Below, piece by piece: positions 15,023 through 25,728 of a stretch of DNA of 64,000 bases. The notes under the pieces were generated by a model. That model saw nothing but the letters and a program-made list of their open reading frames with translations. It was not told where the DNA came from and made no database searches. The position numbers and the translations under genes are program-made. The stretch is from an uncultured virus (IMG/VR IMGVR_UViG_3300038755_000021) (lineage: Duplodnaviria; Heunggongvirae; Uroviricota; Caudoviricetes). Position 1 is the stretch's first letter; each line of letters starts with the position of its first letter. The DNA lies in the IMG/VR virus record IMGVR_UViG_3300038755_000021, positions 1 through 64,000 of that record. The stretch is one strand, 5' to 3'.

Positions 15023-18000
15023 AACCTGTAAGGTTATTTCCAGAGCTATATAGCATTTCTGATTTTATAAATAAAGAATATCCAATACTGCATCCAGATA
15101 CTGTTGAGTATGCTGAATATTGGAAACAAGAAGAAATTTTCTGTCTAGAGGGCAAGTGGGGACATGACTATTTAGACAATAAGGGAGGGTGGCGTTTTTG
15201 CCCACCTTCCCTTTACTTTTATGTCAACTACTGCATTATTCTAGATGAAGATGAGAAAGGAAAGAGTATTGATATTATACATCCTTTATTGAGAGATATA
15301 GAATGGATAATAAGTTATGGATATTTAACATGTCAAGGATTTTCAGGATTTGAAAATGATGAGGAATATACATGTAATAGATTAGTTGATAAATTAGAAA
15401 AAGGAATTGAACTTTCTCCAAAAGAACTTATAAATTTAAAATCCTCTGATCATATTTTAAAAAAAGATGGGACATATAAAAAATATATAGAGAGTAGAGA
15501 ATACTTATATAAAACTTTTAGTGAACCTCTTGGTAAACCCATATATGAAAATGATTTAAAAAATCTGTTTATATTAGGATCAAGATCAACGGGGAAAGAT
15601 TTAGAAGAAAATACAATTGTATATACTGAAACAGGAGAATGTAAAATTAAAGATGTTAATATAGGGGATAAAATATACGGTAAAGATGGTAAATTAACAA
15701 ATATTACAAATAAGTTTAATTTTAATGATCAACTTCAATATAAAATTGAATTACAAGATGGTAGAGAAATTGAATGTGGTGGTGGACATTTATGGAATGT
15801 AAGAAGTCCTGGAACTAGTAGTAAATTTAAAACATTAACTACTGAGTTTCTATATAATAATATAAATAAAAGAATACGCACAGATAAGATTAATCATAAA
15901 AATGAATCCTATTGGTTTATACCAAATAATAATCCAATAGAATATGATGAAAAAGAATTACCAATAGATCCATATCTATTAGGATTATGGTTAGGAGATG
16001 GTTCCAAAAATAGAGTTTCTATCACGAGTGCAGATTCTGAAATAGTAAATTATATCTATGAAGTTGCAAAACATTATAATCATAAGGTAACTTTAAATTT
16101 TAATAAATATAAAACGTGCCCAACATATCATATAACAGAAGGACGTGGTAAGCATGATCGAGAACTTGTTAATGAATTTAAAAAGTTAAATTTATTAAAT
16201 AACAAGCACATACCAGATATATATTTAAAATCATCTATAAATCAAAGAATAGAATTACTGAAAGGTTTAATGGATAGTGATGGTAACAGTAACATAGGAA
16301 CTAATAATTGTGAATTTTCAAACTCTAATAAAAGAGTAATTGATGATTTTGAAAAATTAGTTAGAAGTTTAGCTATATCATGTAAGATAAAAAGTAAAAT
16401 TCCTACTTTTAAATATAAAGAAAAATTAAAATATGGAAAAATATCATATAGAGTATATTTAAGACCAGAGTTTTGTCCATTTAAATTACAGAGAAAAGTA
16501 GATTCATATGTTTATGATAGTTCTAAACATAAAACAAAGAATTGTATTGGTATTAAATCTATAACCCCTACTACTATAAAACCATCTGTATGTATATCAG
16601 TAGATAATAAAGACAATTTATTTATAGCAGGGAACTATATTGTTACACATAATAGTTTTATAATTTCTGGTATAATGGCCCATTGTTATAATTTCTATAA
16701 CAAAAAATATTATGATGATAAATATTTAATATCTCCAGCACCTGCAGAGATATTAGTTGGTGCAGCTCAATCAGCAAAGTCAGCTGAATTAGTAAAGAAA
16801 TTTCTAAACATACAAGAATATTTAAAGACCAATCCTGGGTCTTTTGGAAAAGGTAAAGATTTTATTCCAGGTTATTTTTATAATAACTCAATGGGTAAGT
16901 CTTCTCCTAACAACGTTGACTCTCCTTATAGACACGAGTACAAAGTACAAGAGGGTAGGATATGGGTTAATAAAGGTACTGGTACAAAATTATTACATGT
17001 AGCTTATGGTGATAACCCAGAAGCTGCCGTTGGTTATAGACCTAATTTATTAATAATAGAAGAAATCGGATTATGTTCTAATTTATTACAAATACATTCT
17101 TGTTATGGGGAAGATACAAAAATAAGAATGCTTGATACTTCGTTAAAAAATGTTCAAGATATAAAAATAGGGGATAAAATATTAGGACACGATGGTACAG
17201 AAAGAAATGTTAAAAATACATTTTCAGGAATTGACCAACTATATAAAATAAAACAAAGAGGGGGGATTGACTATGTATGTAATAGTTTACATAATGTGAG
17301 ATATTTTCAAAAATGGGGAAAAAATGCAACAATATCTAACGGGGAGCATGTAAAAACAGCAGAAGAAATATACAATTTCTCTAAAACAAGAAAGCGCAAC
17401 ATATATGGATTAAAATCAGGACCTTTGAATTTTTCTAAAAAGAATTTATTGCTTGACCCATATTATTTAGGTTTATACATTGGAGATGGGGTTATTAGAA
17501 GTGGGGGTATTGTAATACAAAATTCTGAAAAGACAAAATTGTTGTCTGAATGGGTAATAAATTATTTTAAATCATTAGATTTGAAAACACATTTAGATTT
17601 ACGTCCAAATTGCCCACTATATAGACCTACAACAGGTAAATTTACCGGAGGATATAATAGAAATTATATAGTTGCAACTTTAAGAAATTATAATATTCTT
17701 AATAAAAAAGAAATACCAACTGATTTCTTAATGTCTACTGAAGAAGATAGGTTGAAATTATTAGCAGGAATAATTGATAGTGATGGAACCTTTTGTAAAA
17801 GACATGGGGGAAGAAATTATGTAATATCTGTTTCTGGAAGAGAACACTTATCAGATCAAATTAGATTTTTAGCACAATCTTTAGGATTTAAAGTTAGTTA
17901 TTGTAAACATTTCTCTGAAGAAAAAAAATACAAAACTAGAGAAATAATAACAATTAGTGGAGATATAGAAAGAATACCTGTATTATTACCTCATAAAAAA

Positions 18001-19428
18001 TGTAATTTTAAAAATTCACATTATTCTACTATAACATGCGGATTAAAAATAGAAAAATTAAATGTTGGTAAATATTATGGTTTTACTTTAGAAGAAGATA
18101 GTAGATTTTTAGGAGAAGATAATACTGTATTGGAAAACTCTAATGAATTAGCACTTATTAGGAGAAATAGAACTGGGATATCAATATATCTAGGAACATC
18201 TGGAGATATGGATAAAATAGTAGAATCTAAAATTTTATTTGAAGATCCAGACTCATATGATTTTTTATCTTATACAGATATTTGGGAACACAGATCTAAA
18301 CCAATAGGATTATTTATTCCAGCTTATTATGCGGATACATCTTTTAAAGATGATAAGGGTAACACAGATTTAGAATTAGCATTTCAACAAGAATTAATAA
18401 ATAGGAAAAAGAAAGAACAAGCTTCTTCTTCAGCAGCTTTAGATGGTTATATGATGTCAAGACCATTGGTTCCTTCAGAAATGTTTTTATCATCTACAGC
18501 TAATCTTTTTCCTTCAGCTAAATTAAGACAAAGAGAAGCTGAAATAGAAACTAGAAATTTATTTGATTTATATGCTTCTATAGGAGATTTAGAATGGGCA
18601 GATACTGAAAAGAAATCTGTTAAGTGGAAAGAAGATTTAACATCTAGTAGAACTCATAGAGTTATACAGACAATGAATCTTGATCAATATAAACATAATA
18701 TTAATGGAGTAATAGTTATATATGAACATCCTCCTGCATTAATTCCTAATCCTACTTATAGAAAATCATTATATAAAGTTGTATATGACCCTGTAAAAGA
18801 TGACAATGGTGGAACATCATTAGCATCTGTAATTGTATACAAAGGTTTATCAGAGAATTGGAATGCTGGTATACAAGATGGCATAGTAGCTGAATATATA
18901 GGAAGATATGATAAAGTAGATGATATGCATGATTTAGTATTAAAGATTGCTCACTACTATAATGCAACAGTTTTAGTTGAAAATAACATTCCTGGATTTA
19001 TAAATTATTGTAAGATAAATGGGTATGTACATAAGTTACAAATATCTCCTTATGAAGCAATATCAAAAGGAATGGTTACATTTTCTAGAAAATATGAGTA
19101 TGGAGTAACAATGTCAAAACAATTAAATACTCATTGTGAGCAATTAATAAGACAATGGTTATTAGAACCTTGGAAAAAAGAAGATGATAAACTTCTTTTA
19201 AATTTAGATAAAATTTATTCTCTAAGGATAATTAGAGAGTTAATAACATATGAAAGAGATAAAAACTTTGACCACGTTTCTTCTCTTAAGCTTTTAGTTT
19301 TATGGTTATCTCAAGAAAGAGATATAACATTTAAAGAAGAAGATATTCAAAATAAACAATATGATGATCTAAATAAGTACTTTAAAAAAGTAATTACCCC
19401 CACACAAAAAAATCCCTGGTTTTTATGA
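15019..19428 (+). CDS. terL: Terminase large subunit with two inteins
   Basis: Walker A GSRSTGK|S, Walker B LLIIEE, coupling motif GTSG, nuclease YDP/ENN/NFD motifs; frame open from 15004, probable ATA start at 15019. Confidence 0.9.
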   Translation: MKPVRLFPELYSISDFINKEYPILHPDTVEYAEYWKQEEIFCLEGKWGHDYLDNKGGWRFCPPSLYFYVNYCIILDEDEKGKSIDIIHPLLRDIEWIISYGYLTCQGFSGFENDEEYTCNRLVDKLEKGIELSPKELINLKSSDHILKKDGTYKKYIESREYLYKTFSEPLGKPIYENDLKNLFILGSRSTGKDLEENTIVYTETGECKIKDVNIGDKIYGKDGKLTNITNKFNFNDQLQYKIELQDGREIECGGGHLWNVRSPGTSSKFKTLTTEFLYNNINKRIRTDKINHKNESYWFIPNNNPIEYDEKELPIDPYLLGLWLGDGSKNRVSITSADSEIVNYIYEVAKHYNHKVTLNFNKYKTCPTYHITEGRGKHDRELVNEFKKLNLLNNKHIPDIYLKSSINQRIELLKGLMDSDGNSNIGTNNCEFSNSNKRVIDDFEKLVRSLAISCKIKSKIPTFKYKEKLKYGKISYRVYLRPEFCPFKLQRKVDSYVYDSSKHKTKNCIGIKSITPTTIKPSVCISVDNKDNLFIAGNYIVTHNSFIISGIMAHCYNFYNKKYYDDKYLISPAPAEILVGAAQSAKSAELVKKFLNIQEYLKTNPGSFGKGKDFIPGYFYNNSMGKSSPNNVDSPYRHEYKVQEGRIWVNKGTGTKLLHVAYGDNPEAAVGYRPNLLIIEEIGLCSNLLQIHSCYGEDTKIRMLDTSLKNVQDIKIGDKILGHDGTERNVKNTFSGIDQLYKIKQRGGIDYVCNSLHNVRYFQKWGKNATISNGEHVKTAEEIYNFSKTRKRNIYGLKSGPLNFSKKNLLLDPYYLGLYIGDGVIRSGGIVIQNSEKTKLLSEWVINYFKSLDLKTHLDLRPNCPLYRPTTGKFTGGYNRNYIVATLRNYNILNKKEIPTDFLMSTEEDRLKLLAGIIDSDGTFCKRHGGRNYVISVSGREHLSDQIRFLAQSLGFKVSYCKHFSEEKKYKTREIITISGDIERIPVLLPHKKCNFKNSHYSTITCGLKIEKLNVGKYYGFTLEEDSRFLGEDNTVLENSNELALIRRNRTGISIYLGTSGDMDKIVESKILFEDPDSYDFLSYTDIWEHRSKPIGLFIPAYYADTSFKDDKGNTDLELAFQQELINRKKKEQASSSAALDGYMMSRPLVPSEMFLSSTANLFPSAKLRQREAEIETRNLFDLYASIGDLEWADTEKKSVKWKEDLTSSRTHRVIQTMNLDQYKHNINGVIVIYEHPPALIPNPTYRKSLYKVVYDPVKDDNGGTSLASVIVYKGLSENWNAGIQDGIVAEYIGRYDKVDDMHDLVLKIAHYYNATVLVENNIPGFINYCKINGYVHKLQISPYEAISKGMVTFSRKYEYGVTMSKQLNTHCEQLIRQWLLEPWKKEDDKLLLNLDKIYSLRIIRELITYERDKNFDHVSSLKLLVLWLSQERDITFKEEDIQNKQYDDLNKYFKKVITPTQKNPWFL
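15598..16653 (+). mobile_element. Class 3-type intein with LAGLIDADG endonuclease, in TerL Walker A (352 aa)
   Basis: Starts DLEENT; has HLW, VCISV and VTHN|S; LGLWLGDG and LKGLMDSDG. Confidence 0.9.
17101..18138 (+). mobile_element. Class 1 intein with LAGLIDADG endonuclease, after TerL Walker B (346 aa)
   Basis: Starts CYGEDT; YYGFTL; ends VLEN|S; LGLYIGDG and LAGIIDSDG. Confidence 0.9.
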
Positions 19429-22010
19429 GAAAGATAGAATCTGATGTTCTCTCAAAGAGAATAAGTTGGAAGCAAAAAAAAGCAAATGACTTTGAATGGG
19501 CTAAACAATGTGTAGACTATGTTGATAGTTTATACTTACCATACAGAGATAGAAATAGATTAAAGAGATTGCAAATGAACTATGACTTATATAATGGTCA
19601 TGGTGAAAAGGCAATGATGGATTATGGTAAATCTGAAAATGAAAGAATATTAGCAGAAGAAGGTATTATGTCTGGATATGAAGGTGTTCAGCATCATCCT
19701 ATTATAGATCAAATTGCAAAGGCTTTAGTTGGAGAACAACAATTGAGACCATTTAATGCAATTGCCTTTGATTCTTCTGGATATACTCTTAATGATAAAA
19801 AGAGAAAGAAACTATCTTTATACCAAGACCATATACAGCAAACAATAGTTGAGCCAATGAAAGCTCAAGTTACGCAACAGTATATGATGGAGATGGGAAT
19901 TAAAGATCCTTATTCACTTAGTCCAGAACAACAACAAGAATTTTCTAAAGAAGTTGATCAAAGAATAAAGTTTTCAACTCCAAAAGAGATTGAAGACTAT
20001 ATGAGGAAGGATTATAAATCTCCTCAGGAAATCCAGGCACAAAAACTTTTAGATTTTCTTTTGGATTATCTAGATTTAAAGTTTACTACAGATGAAGGAT
20101 TTAAGCATGCTGTAATTACTGGAGAAGAGATATATAGAGTTGGTATTAGACACAATATGCCATTTGTGGAATTAGTGGACCCAATGGGATTTTATAATAT
20201 ATCAAGACCTAATTCCTTCTTTATAGAAGATTCTATTGCTGCTAAATATGAACAATATGTTCTATTATCTGATGTTTATAATTGGCACGGGGATGAGATA
20301 GGAACTAAACAATTAATCAAAGATAAACTAGATGCATATGCTTCTGGAGACTTTGGAGAGAAGGTAATTGATGATCAAATATATAGATCACCGTCCAGAC
20401 TTGAAAATATTCCTAACATAATGACTAGAGATGGTCAGGAAGGTTTAAAAAGTTTATTCCAGGAATATTCTGTTTCAAAAAAGGGTGGAGACTTAAGATA
20501 TACTCATGTAACATGGAAGGCTTTAAGAAGATTAAAAAGAATTTGTAGAGTTACAGAAGGTAAGAAAAAACATTTCTGGGTGGATGAATCTTATACCTTC
20601 AATCCTCTAAAAGGAGATGTTTCTCAGAAAGAAGCATGGGTACCAGAAGCTTGGCAGGCTATTAAAATAGATGATGATATATATTTAGATATTGGTCCAG
20701 TTCCATATCAACATAGATCAGTAGATAATCCTTGGGATGTAAAACTTCCATATATTGGAGCTCAATATTCTAAGTTAATGAATAATACTGAGAATGTGGC
20801 ACCAATGGATTTAGCAAAACCTTGGCAATATAAGTTCAACTTACAGATGGCTAAGATACATGAGATGGAAGCTGCAGATATGGGTAAAGTGTTTTTAACT
20901 TCTTTTCATGCTAAACCGAAGGATTGGTCCTGGCAGAAATATATTTTAATGGCTAAGTATGGGAAGATTATACCAGTAGATCTTCAACAGGAAGGTGTTA
21001 CCCCTGCAGATGCCCAAATCTTTAAAGGCATAGATCTTTCCACTGTAAATGATTTAGCTGGAAAACTTCAGTATTTAGAGTTTATAAGAAATCAGATATC
21101 TCTATCTATGTCTTATAATCCATCAAGATTAGGTATGCAGGCTACTTCTGTATCTGTTTCTAATAATCAACAGAATATTGTACAGTCATCATATCAGACT
21201 TATGACATATATAATATGCATAATAAGATTGTTGAAAACTTATTAAACTCATTAATTAATTGTGCAAGAATAGCATTTAAAGAAAATGGACCAATGAGGT
21301 CTTATATATTAGATGATATGTCTATTGCAGAATTAGAGTTAGACTGGGAGATGATTAATAGATTAGATTTAGGAGTAAAGGTGAGAAACTCTTCTCAAGA
21401 CTTTGAGAATATCTTACAAGTTAAACAACAAGCTCAGGCCATGATTCAGAATGGTTTAATATCTTTTCCAGAGCTTATTAGATTACAATGGGCTAAATCT
21501 GGAGCAGATATTATGAATATTGCTGAAAATGCTGAAGAGAGAAATGCTAAGATGAGACAAGAAGCTCAACAAGCTGAACAAGAACAAATGCAACAACAAG
21601 CTCAGATGCAACAACAATTACAGAAGATGCAACAAGACTTTGAGTTGTTAAAGCAAGCAAATGAGTTACAGTCCAGAGAGAAACAATCTCAAATTGAAAG
21701 TACTAGATTTGCTCAACAAGAAGATATTAATAGAAATGAGATAGCAGATAAGATGGAACTTGAACAAATGAGAATTGAGTATGATACTTATAAAATGGAA
21801 AAAGAGCATGAGTTAAAACTCAATGAATTAGATTTAAAGAGAATAGATTTGGAAATTAAGGCTAAAGGTTTAGATGATAAAGTCAAAATTGATCTAGAAA
21901 AGGCTAAAGCTGATAAGGAATTCCAAATGAAAAAACTACAGAAAGAAATGGAAATTAAGGAAAAAGAGCTACAAATTAAGAGAAATCAGAAAACTTCTAA
22001 TAATAAATAG
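19425..22010 (+). CDS. Portal protein
   Basis: Follows TerL; NYDLYNG, HHPII...LVGE; C-terminal Q/E/K coiled coil; crAss-like gene order. Confidence 0.85.
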   Translation: MRKIESDVLSKRISWKQKKANDFEWAKQCVDYVDSLYLPYRDRNRLKRLQMNYDLYNGHGEKAMMDYGKSENERILAEEGIMSGYEGVQHHPIIDQIAKALVGEQQLRPFNAIAFDSSGYTLNDKKRKKLSLYQDHIQQTIVEPMKAQVTQQYMMEMGIKDPYSLSPEQQQEFSKEVDQRIKFSTPKEIEDYMRKDYKSPQEIQAQKLLDFLLDYLDLKFTTDEGFKHAVITGEEIYRVGIRHNMPFVELVDPMGFYNISRPNSFFIEDSIAAKYEQYVLLSDVYNWHGDEIGTKQLIKDKLDAYASGDFGEKVIDDQIYRSPSRLENIPNIMTRDGQEGLKSLFQEYSVSKKGGDLRYTHVTWKALRRLKRICRVTEGKKKHFWVDESYTFNPLKGDVSQKEAWVPEAWQAIKIDDDIYLDIGPVPYQHRSVDNPWDVKLPYIGAQYSKLMNNTENVAPMDLAKPWQYKFNLQMAKIHEMEAADMGKVFLTSFHAKPKDWSWQKYILMAKYGKIIPVDLQQEGVTPADAQIFKGIDLSTVNDLAGKLQYLEFIRNQISLSMSYNPSRLGMQATSVSVSNNQQNIVQSSYQTYDIYNMHNKIVENLLNSLINCARIAFKENGPMRSYILDDMSIAELELDWEMINRLDLGVKVRNSSQDFENILQVKQQAQAMIQNGLISFPELIRLQWAKSGADIMNIAENAEERNAKMRQEAQQAEQEQMQQQAQMQQQLQKMQQDFELLKQANELQSREKQSQIESTRFAQQEDINRNEIADKMELEQMRIEYDTYKMEKEHELKLNELDLKRIDLEIKAKGLDDKVKIDLEKAKADKEFQMKKLQKEMEIKEKELQIKRNQKTSNNK

Positions 22011-22084
22011 CTATAGTTCTGCGATTTTTTTTTCTATTAAAACCATTAATTATTTTTTAGTAAAAATTTATAAACGTATTTTTG
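22008..22084 (+). promoter_or_regulatory. Putative promoter for capsid genes (homologous to 7309-7385)
   Basis: TAGCTATAGTTyTGCG...CATTAATTA...TATTTTTG. Confidence 0.55.
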
Positions 22085-22085
22085 T

Positions 22086-23153
22086 ATGCCAGAAGAAAAG
22101 TTTTATTCAGTTCCTCCTGCGTTTAGTGTAAACTTAGGAGAAATTCAAGAAGATGAGGATACTACCAAAGATGAGATCATTGATGATGAATTAATCAAAG
22201 AAGATACTCCGGTAGTAGAAAATCAAGAAGAAGAAGAAGTTGAGAAAGATGAAGTAGAAGATGATGATCCATATAAAGATTATTCAGAAGCTGCTAGAAT
22301 TGCTCTCCTTGAAATCAAAGAAGGACTCTTTGAACTTGATGAAAAGGCTATTCCAAAAGACTTGGATACCGCTACTTTGCGGAAATTATATAATAAGAAT
22401 TCAGAACTGAGAATTCAAGATGAGATTGACAAACTCTCAGCCACTGCTGGTGAAGCTGAAAAATATGTCAAATTTCTATTAGAAGGTGGTGATCCTCAAG
22501 CTGTGAAAAGTGCAATGCAGTATAAGGATCTTTTAGTATTAAATCCTGATGAGGAAGAAGATCAGAAGATCTTAATTACCCAGGAATATAGACAAAAGGG
22601 ATTGCCAGAAGAAGAAATTGAAGACCTTGTATCTAATATATTAGATAAAGGCAATGGGAGAAAGAGAGCAGAAACTGCTCTAAAATCATTTCAGAAAGCT
22701 GAAAATGATTATTTAGAAAACTACAAAAGAGCTCAACTTGAACAAAAACAATATGAGCAACAACAGTATGATGAATATGTAACTGATGTTAAAAAGATTA
22801 TCTCCAAAGGAGAAATCTCTGGAGTAAAAGTTTCTAAAAAGGATCAGAGAGATTTATATGACATGTTATTCACTCCTACAGAAATAGTATCTGTTAAAGA
22901 TCAATCAGGAAAAGATGTAAAGGTTAGAGCTACTAAGTTTCAAGTTTTACAAAATGAATTGAATTCAAACAGAGAAAAAATCTTAGGTATGGCTTTATGG
23001 ATGTTAAAAGGCTCAAATTTTGACTTTGCTAAAGAAGAAGGTAGAGAAGAAGAGTCTGAGAACTTAATGTCAGTATTAAATAGATCCAAACCTATTAAAA
23101 AAGAAGAACGGAAATCAAATTTTGATAATTTAGTAAATAGCCTAAAACGCTAA
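22086..23153 (+). CDS. Acidic helical protein, putative scaffolding protein
   Basis: Lies between portal and capsid genes; very D/E-rich. Confidence 0.55.
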   Translation: MPEEKFYSVPPAFSVNLGEIQEDEDTTKDEIIDDELIKEDTPVVENQEEEEVEKDEVEDDDPYKDYSEAARIALLEIKEGLFELDEKAIPKDLDTATLRKLYNKNSELRIQDEIDKLSATAGEAEKYVKFLLEGGDPQAVKSAMQYKDLLVLNPDEEEDQKILITQEYRQKGLPEEEIEDLVSNILDKGNGRKRAETALKSFQKAENDYLENYKRAQLEQKQYEQQQYDEYVTDVKKIISKGEISGVKVSKKDQRDLYDMLFTPTEIVSVKDQSGKDVKVRATKFQVLQNELNSNREKILGMALWMLKGSNFDFAKEEGREEESENLMSVLNRSKPIKKEERKSNFDNLVNSLKR

Positions 23154-23163
23154 TTAATTAACT

Positions 23164-24699
23164 ATGAGACCATTAGTTTCACAATTTAAGATTCACGAAG
23201 AATCAACAAAACATTTAAACTGGGCAAATTATGCTTCAGAAAACGTTCTATTAAGAACGCATAATAAAGTCCAACCCTGGACTGATTTAACAGAACCTGT
23301 TCTGCGTTATCTTGCAGAAAGTTCACCTTCCTTAGTTGAGAAAAGAACTCCACTTCAAGACTGGTTACAAGGAAATGGACGTGTCAGAATGATTGATACA
23401 GATGAATTTAAATGGAGATTAAAGGGTACAGGGGAGATTAAAGCTCAAGCCCTTGAAAACTTAATGCCTGGAGTTGCTACTCCTGGTATTCAAACTACAG
23501 AATTTCCTATTAAACTTAATACAGATTGGTTTGTAGAAGGTGATAGGTTAGCTCCAGATATTCGTAAAGATGTTCAAGTTGTTATAAAAGGTTTACCTGT
23601 ATCTGATGGTACTGGTTATATATATAATGTACAACTTGTAGATAAAGATAAAACATCTTATTTCCCACCAGACCTTTTGGAACCTAGAATTAACTGGATT
23701 AAATTAGATGCTGTATATGGTGAAGCATCATCTGGATATGGTTCTACTCAGTTTTATGGTGGATCATGGATTGAATTCATGGCTTCAATTACTGACTATG
23801 GTAAAACTGTAGAAGTAACTAATAAAGCACATGAGTTAAATCTTAAAATGACTTTCTGTGATGATAAGGGTAAAGAAATTAAAGATTATCCTTCTCAGAT
23901 CATCTCTTATATTGAAGCAGAATTCTTAGCACAAGCTAAGTGGGAAAAGGAACTTGGATTGTTCTATGGAAGATCTGCTGGTAAAAATATTATAGATCCA
24001 ACTTCAGGTAAACACCGTAGAGTTGGTCCTGGATTGATGGAGTTCTTACAAGATGGAAATATTATACCTTATCCAATGAATGGAGGTTCTATTTCTATGT
24101 TTGTTGAATATCTTCAATCAGTATGGTTTGATAGAGTTTCCCCAGGTGATAGACAAATTGTTGTTTACACTGGTCAAGGTGGACTTACTCTTTGGAATAA
24201 ATGGGTAAGAGAAGAATTCTCTGAATCTGCAATTGTTCCAAAATATGAAGATTTTGTAGGTAAAGGTGCATCTCATGGTGCTAATTCTGGACCTTCATTA
24301 TCAATGAAAAATCCATATTTCAATGATTATCAAATATTTCCTTGGGGTAATATTAGAGTTGAGCACTGGCCTATTTTGGATTCTACTTACTTAAATGGTG
24401 GAGTATTACATCCAGAAACAGGTTTACCAGTATCTTCTTATGATTTTATCATATTAGATTATGGTATGGGATCAGGAGATGGTGCAAACATTGAATTAAT
24501 AAAACGTAAAAATCACGAAGTATTTACTTACATCTGTGGTACTTGGTCACCTGCTGGTCCAATTAATGGAAGAACAGGAATGTCAGGTTTCACTGCAACT
24601 CACCCTGCAAGATCTTATAACCTATATCATACTGATAGTTATGGTTTGAGGATTAAGGATGTTAGTCTTACTTGTATATTCTCGATGAATATTGTTTAA
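23164..24699 (+). CDS. Major capsid protein
   Basis: 511 aa; canonical position; GPGLME and VYTGQGG motifs seen in crAss-like MCPs. Confidence 0.85.
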   Translation: MRPLVSQFKIHEESTKHLNWANYASENVLLRTHNKVQPWTDLTEPVLRYLAESSPSLVEKRTPLQDWLQGNGRVRMIDTDEFKWRLKGTGEIKAQALENLMPGVATPGIQTTEFPIKLNTDWFVEGDRLAPDIRKDVQVVIKGLPVSDGTGYIYNVQLVDKDKTSYFPPDLLEPRINWIKLDAVYGEASSGYGSTQFYGGSWIEFMASITDYGKTVEVTNKAHELNLKMTFCDDKGKEIKDYPSQIISYIEAEFLAQAKWEKELGLFYGRSAGKNIIDPTSGKHRRVGPGLMEFLQDGNIIPYPMNGGSISMFVEYLQSVWFDRVSPGDRQIVVYTGQGGLTLWNKWVREEFSESAIVPKYEDFVGKGASHGANSGPSLSMKNPYFNDYQIFPWGNIRVEHWPILDSTYLNGGVLHPETGLPVSSYDFIILDYGMGSGDGANIELIKRKNHEVFTYICGTWSPAGPINGRTGMSGFTATHPARSYNLYHTDSYGLRIKDVSLTCIFSMNIV

Positions 24700-24747
24700 T
24701 TTAACTTAAGTCCCCACTTGTATTTAAATTAAAACTAAAATAAATAA

Positions 24748-25728
24748 ATGGGAGAACTTGTTACTATTAAGGCAAAACCAGGAAGTAGAAAATTTGCTTC
24801 AACTGGTTCAATGCAAACAGTGTATACTGAGAATGATAAAGATGGGAATCAAATATCAGAAAAGAAAACTGAATTTATTTCTGAGAGATTCCCTAAGTCT
24901 AAACAAATGTTCAGAGTACCTTGGAGTCATTTAAAACGTAAATGGTTACTAGATGGGTTTCCTGAAAATTGTAATGATTTAAATGACATTGTTGAAAAAT
25001 GCAAATTACAATATGAAAAACCACATAAAAATGCTGGAGACTATATTGTAAAAGCAGATATCTATGATTACAATGATAAATTTTTCAATCATAGGTTATT
25101 TAAGATTACAGCAAGTGAAGGAGAAGTTTTAATTGATAAATCATTTCCTTTACAAGATTTAGTTCTTAGAGGTTTAAAACTCCATCCACTATTTCAAGTT
25201 GCTGGTGAAGATAATCCTTTGATGAATGCTGGATCAAGATATGTTATTGTTGATAGAGCAATAGATGTCAAGATTAAACGTCAAGTTAGAGATAATAAAC
25301 TTAAAGTTATGAAACTTTATGAAAGTCTAACTGGTGAAAAGAAGATTAAGATTGCAATGGCAATGAATTTAATCCCAAATGAAAATGTAGATATTGATGT
25401 TGTAGAAGATGTTTTGTTCAAAGCTTCTGAAGATTTGACAAAACTTCCTGATATAAATATGTCAAGACAAGATTTGTTTATTACATTCTGTGAGTTAAAG
25501 ACTGAAGATTTAAATCTTAAACATAGAATAGCAAAAGCAAAATCTACAGGTGTTCTGAAAAAACAAGCAGATGGTTGGATTTTATTTGGATCTCCAGTGG
25601 GTAAAACTAATGCTCAACTTGAAGATTACCTATCTAATCCAGATAATTCAAAACTATTACTAAGATTAGATGATGTATTAAATGGTAAAAGCAGTAAAAC
25701 TCCAGGAGGAGTACAGGAGACATCTTAA
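24748..25728 (+). CDS. Conserved structural-module protein downstream of MCP
   Basis: Position; C-terminal A...GVL...G..VG......YL.NP.N motif. Confidence 0.6.
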   Translation: MGELVTIKAKPGSRKFASTGSMQTVYTENDKDGNQISEKKTEFISERFPKSKQMFRVPWSHLKRKWLLDGFPENCNDLNDIVEKCKLQYEKPHKNAGDYIVKADIYDYNDKFFNHRLFKITASEGEVLIDKSFPLQDLVLRGLKLHPLFQVAGEDNPLMNAGSRYVIVDRAIDVKIKRQVRDNKLKVMKLYESLTGEKKIKIAMAMNLIPNENVDIDVVEDVLFKASEDLTKLPDINMSRQDLFITFCELKTEDLNLKHRIAKAKSTGVLKKQADGWILFGSPVGKTNAQLEDYLSNPDNSKLLLRLDDVLNGKSSKTPGGVQETS

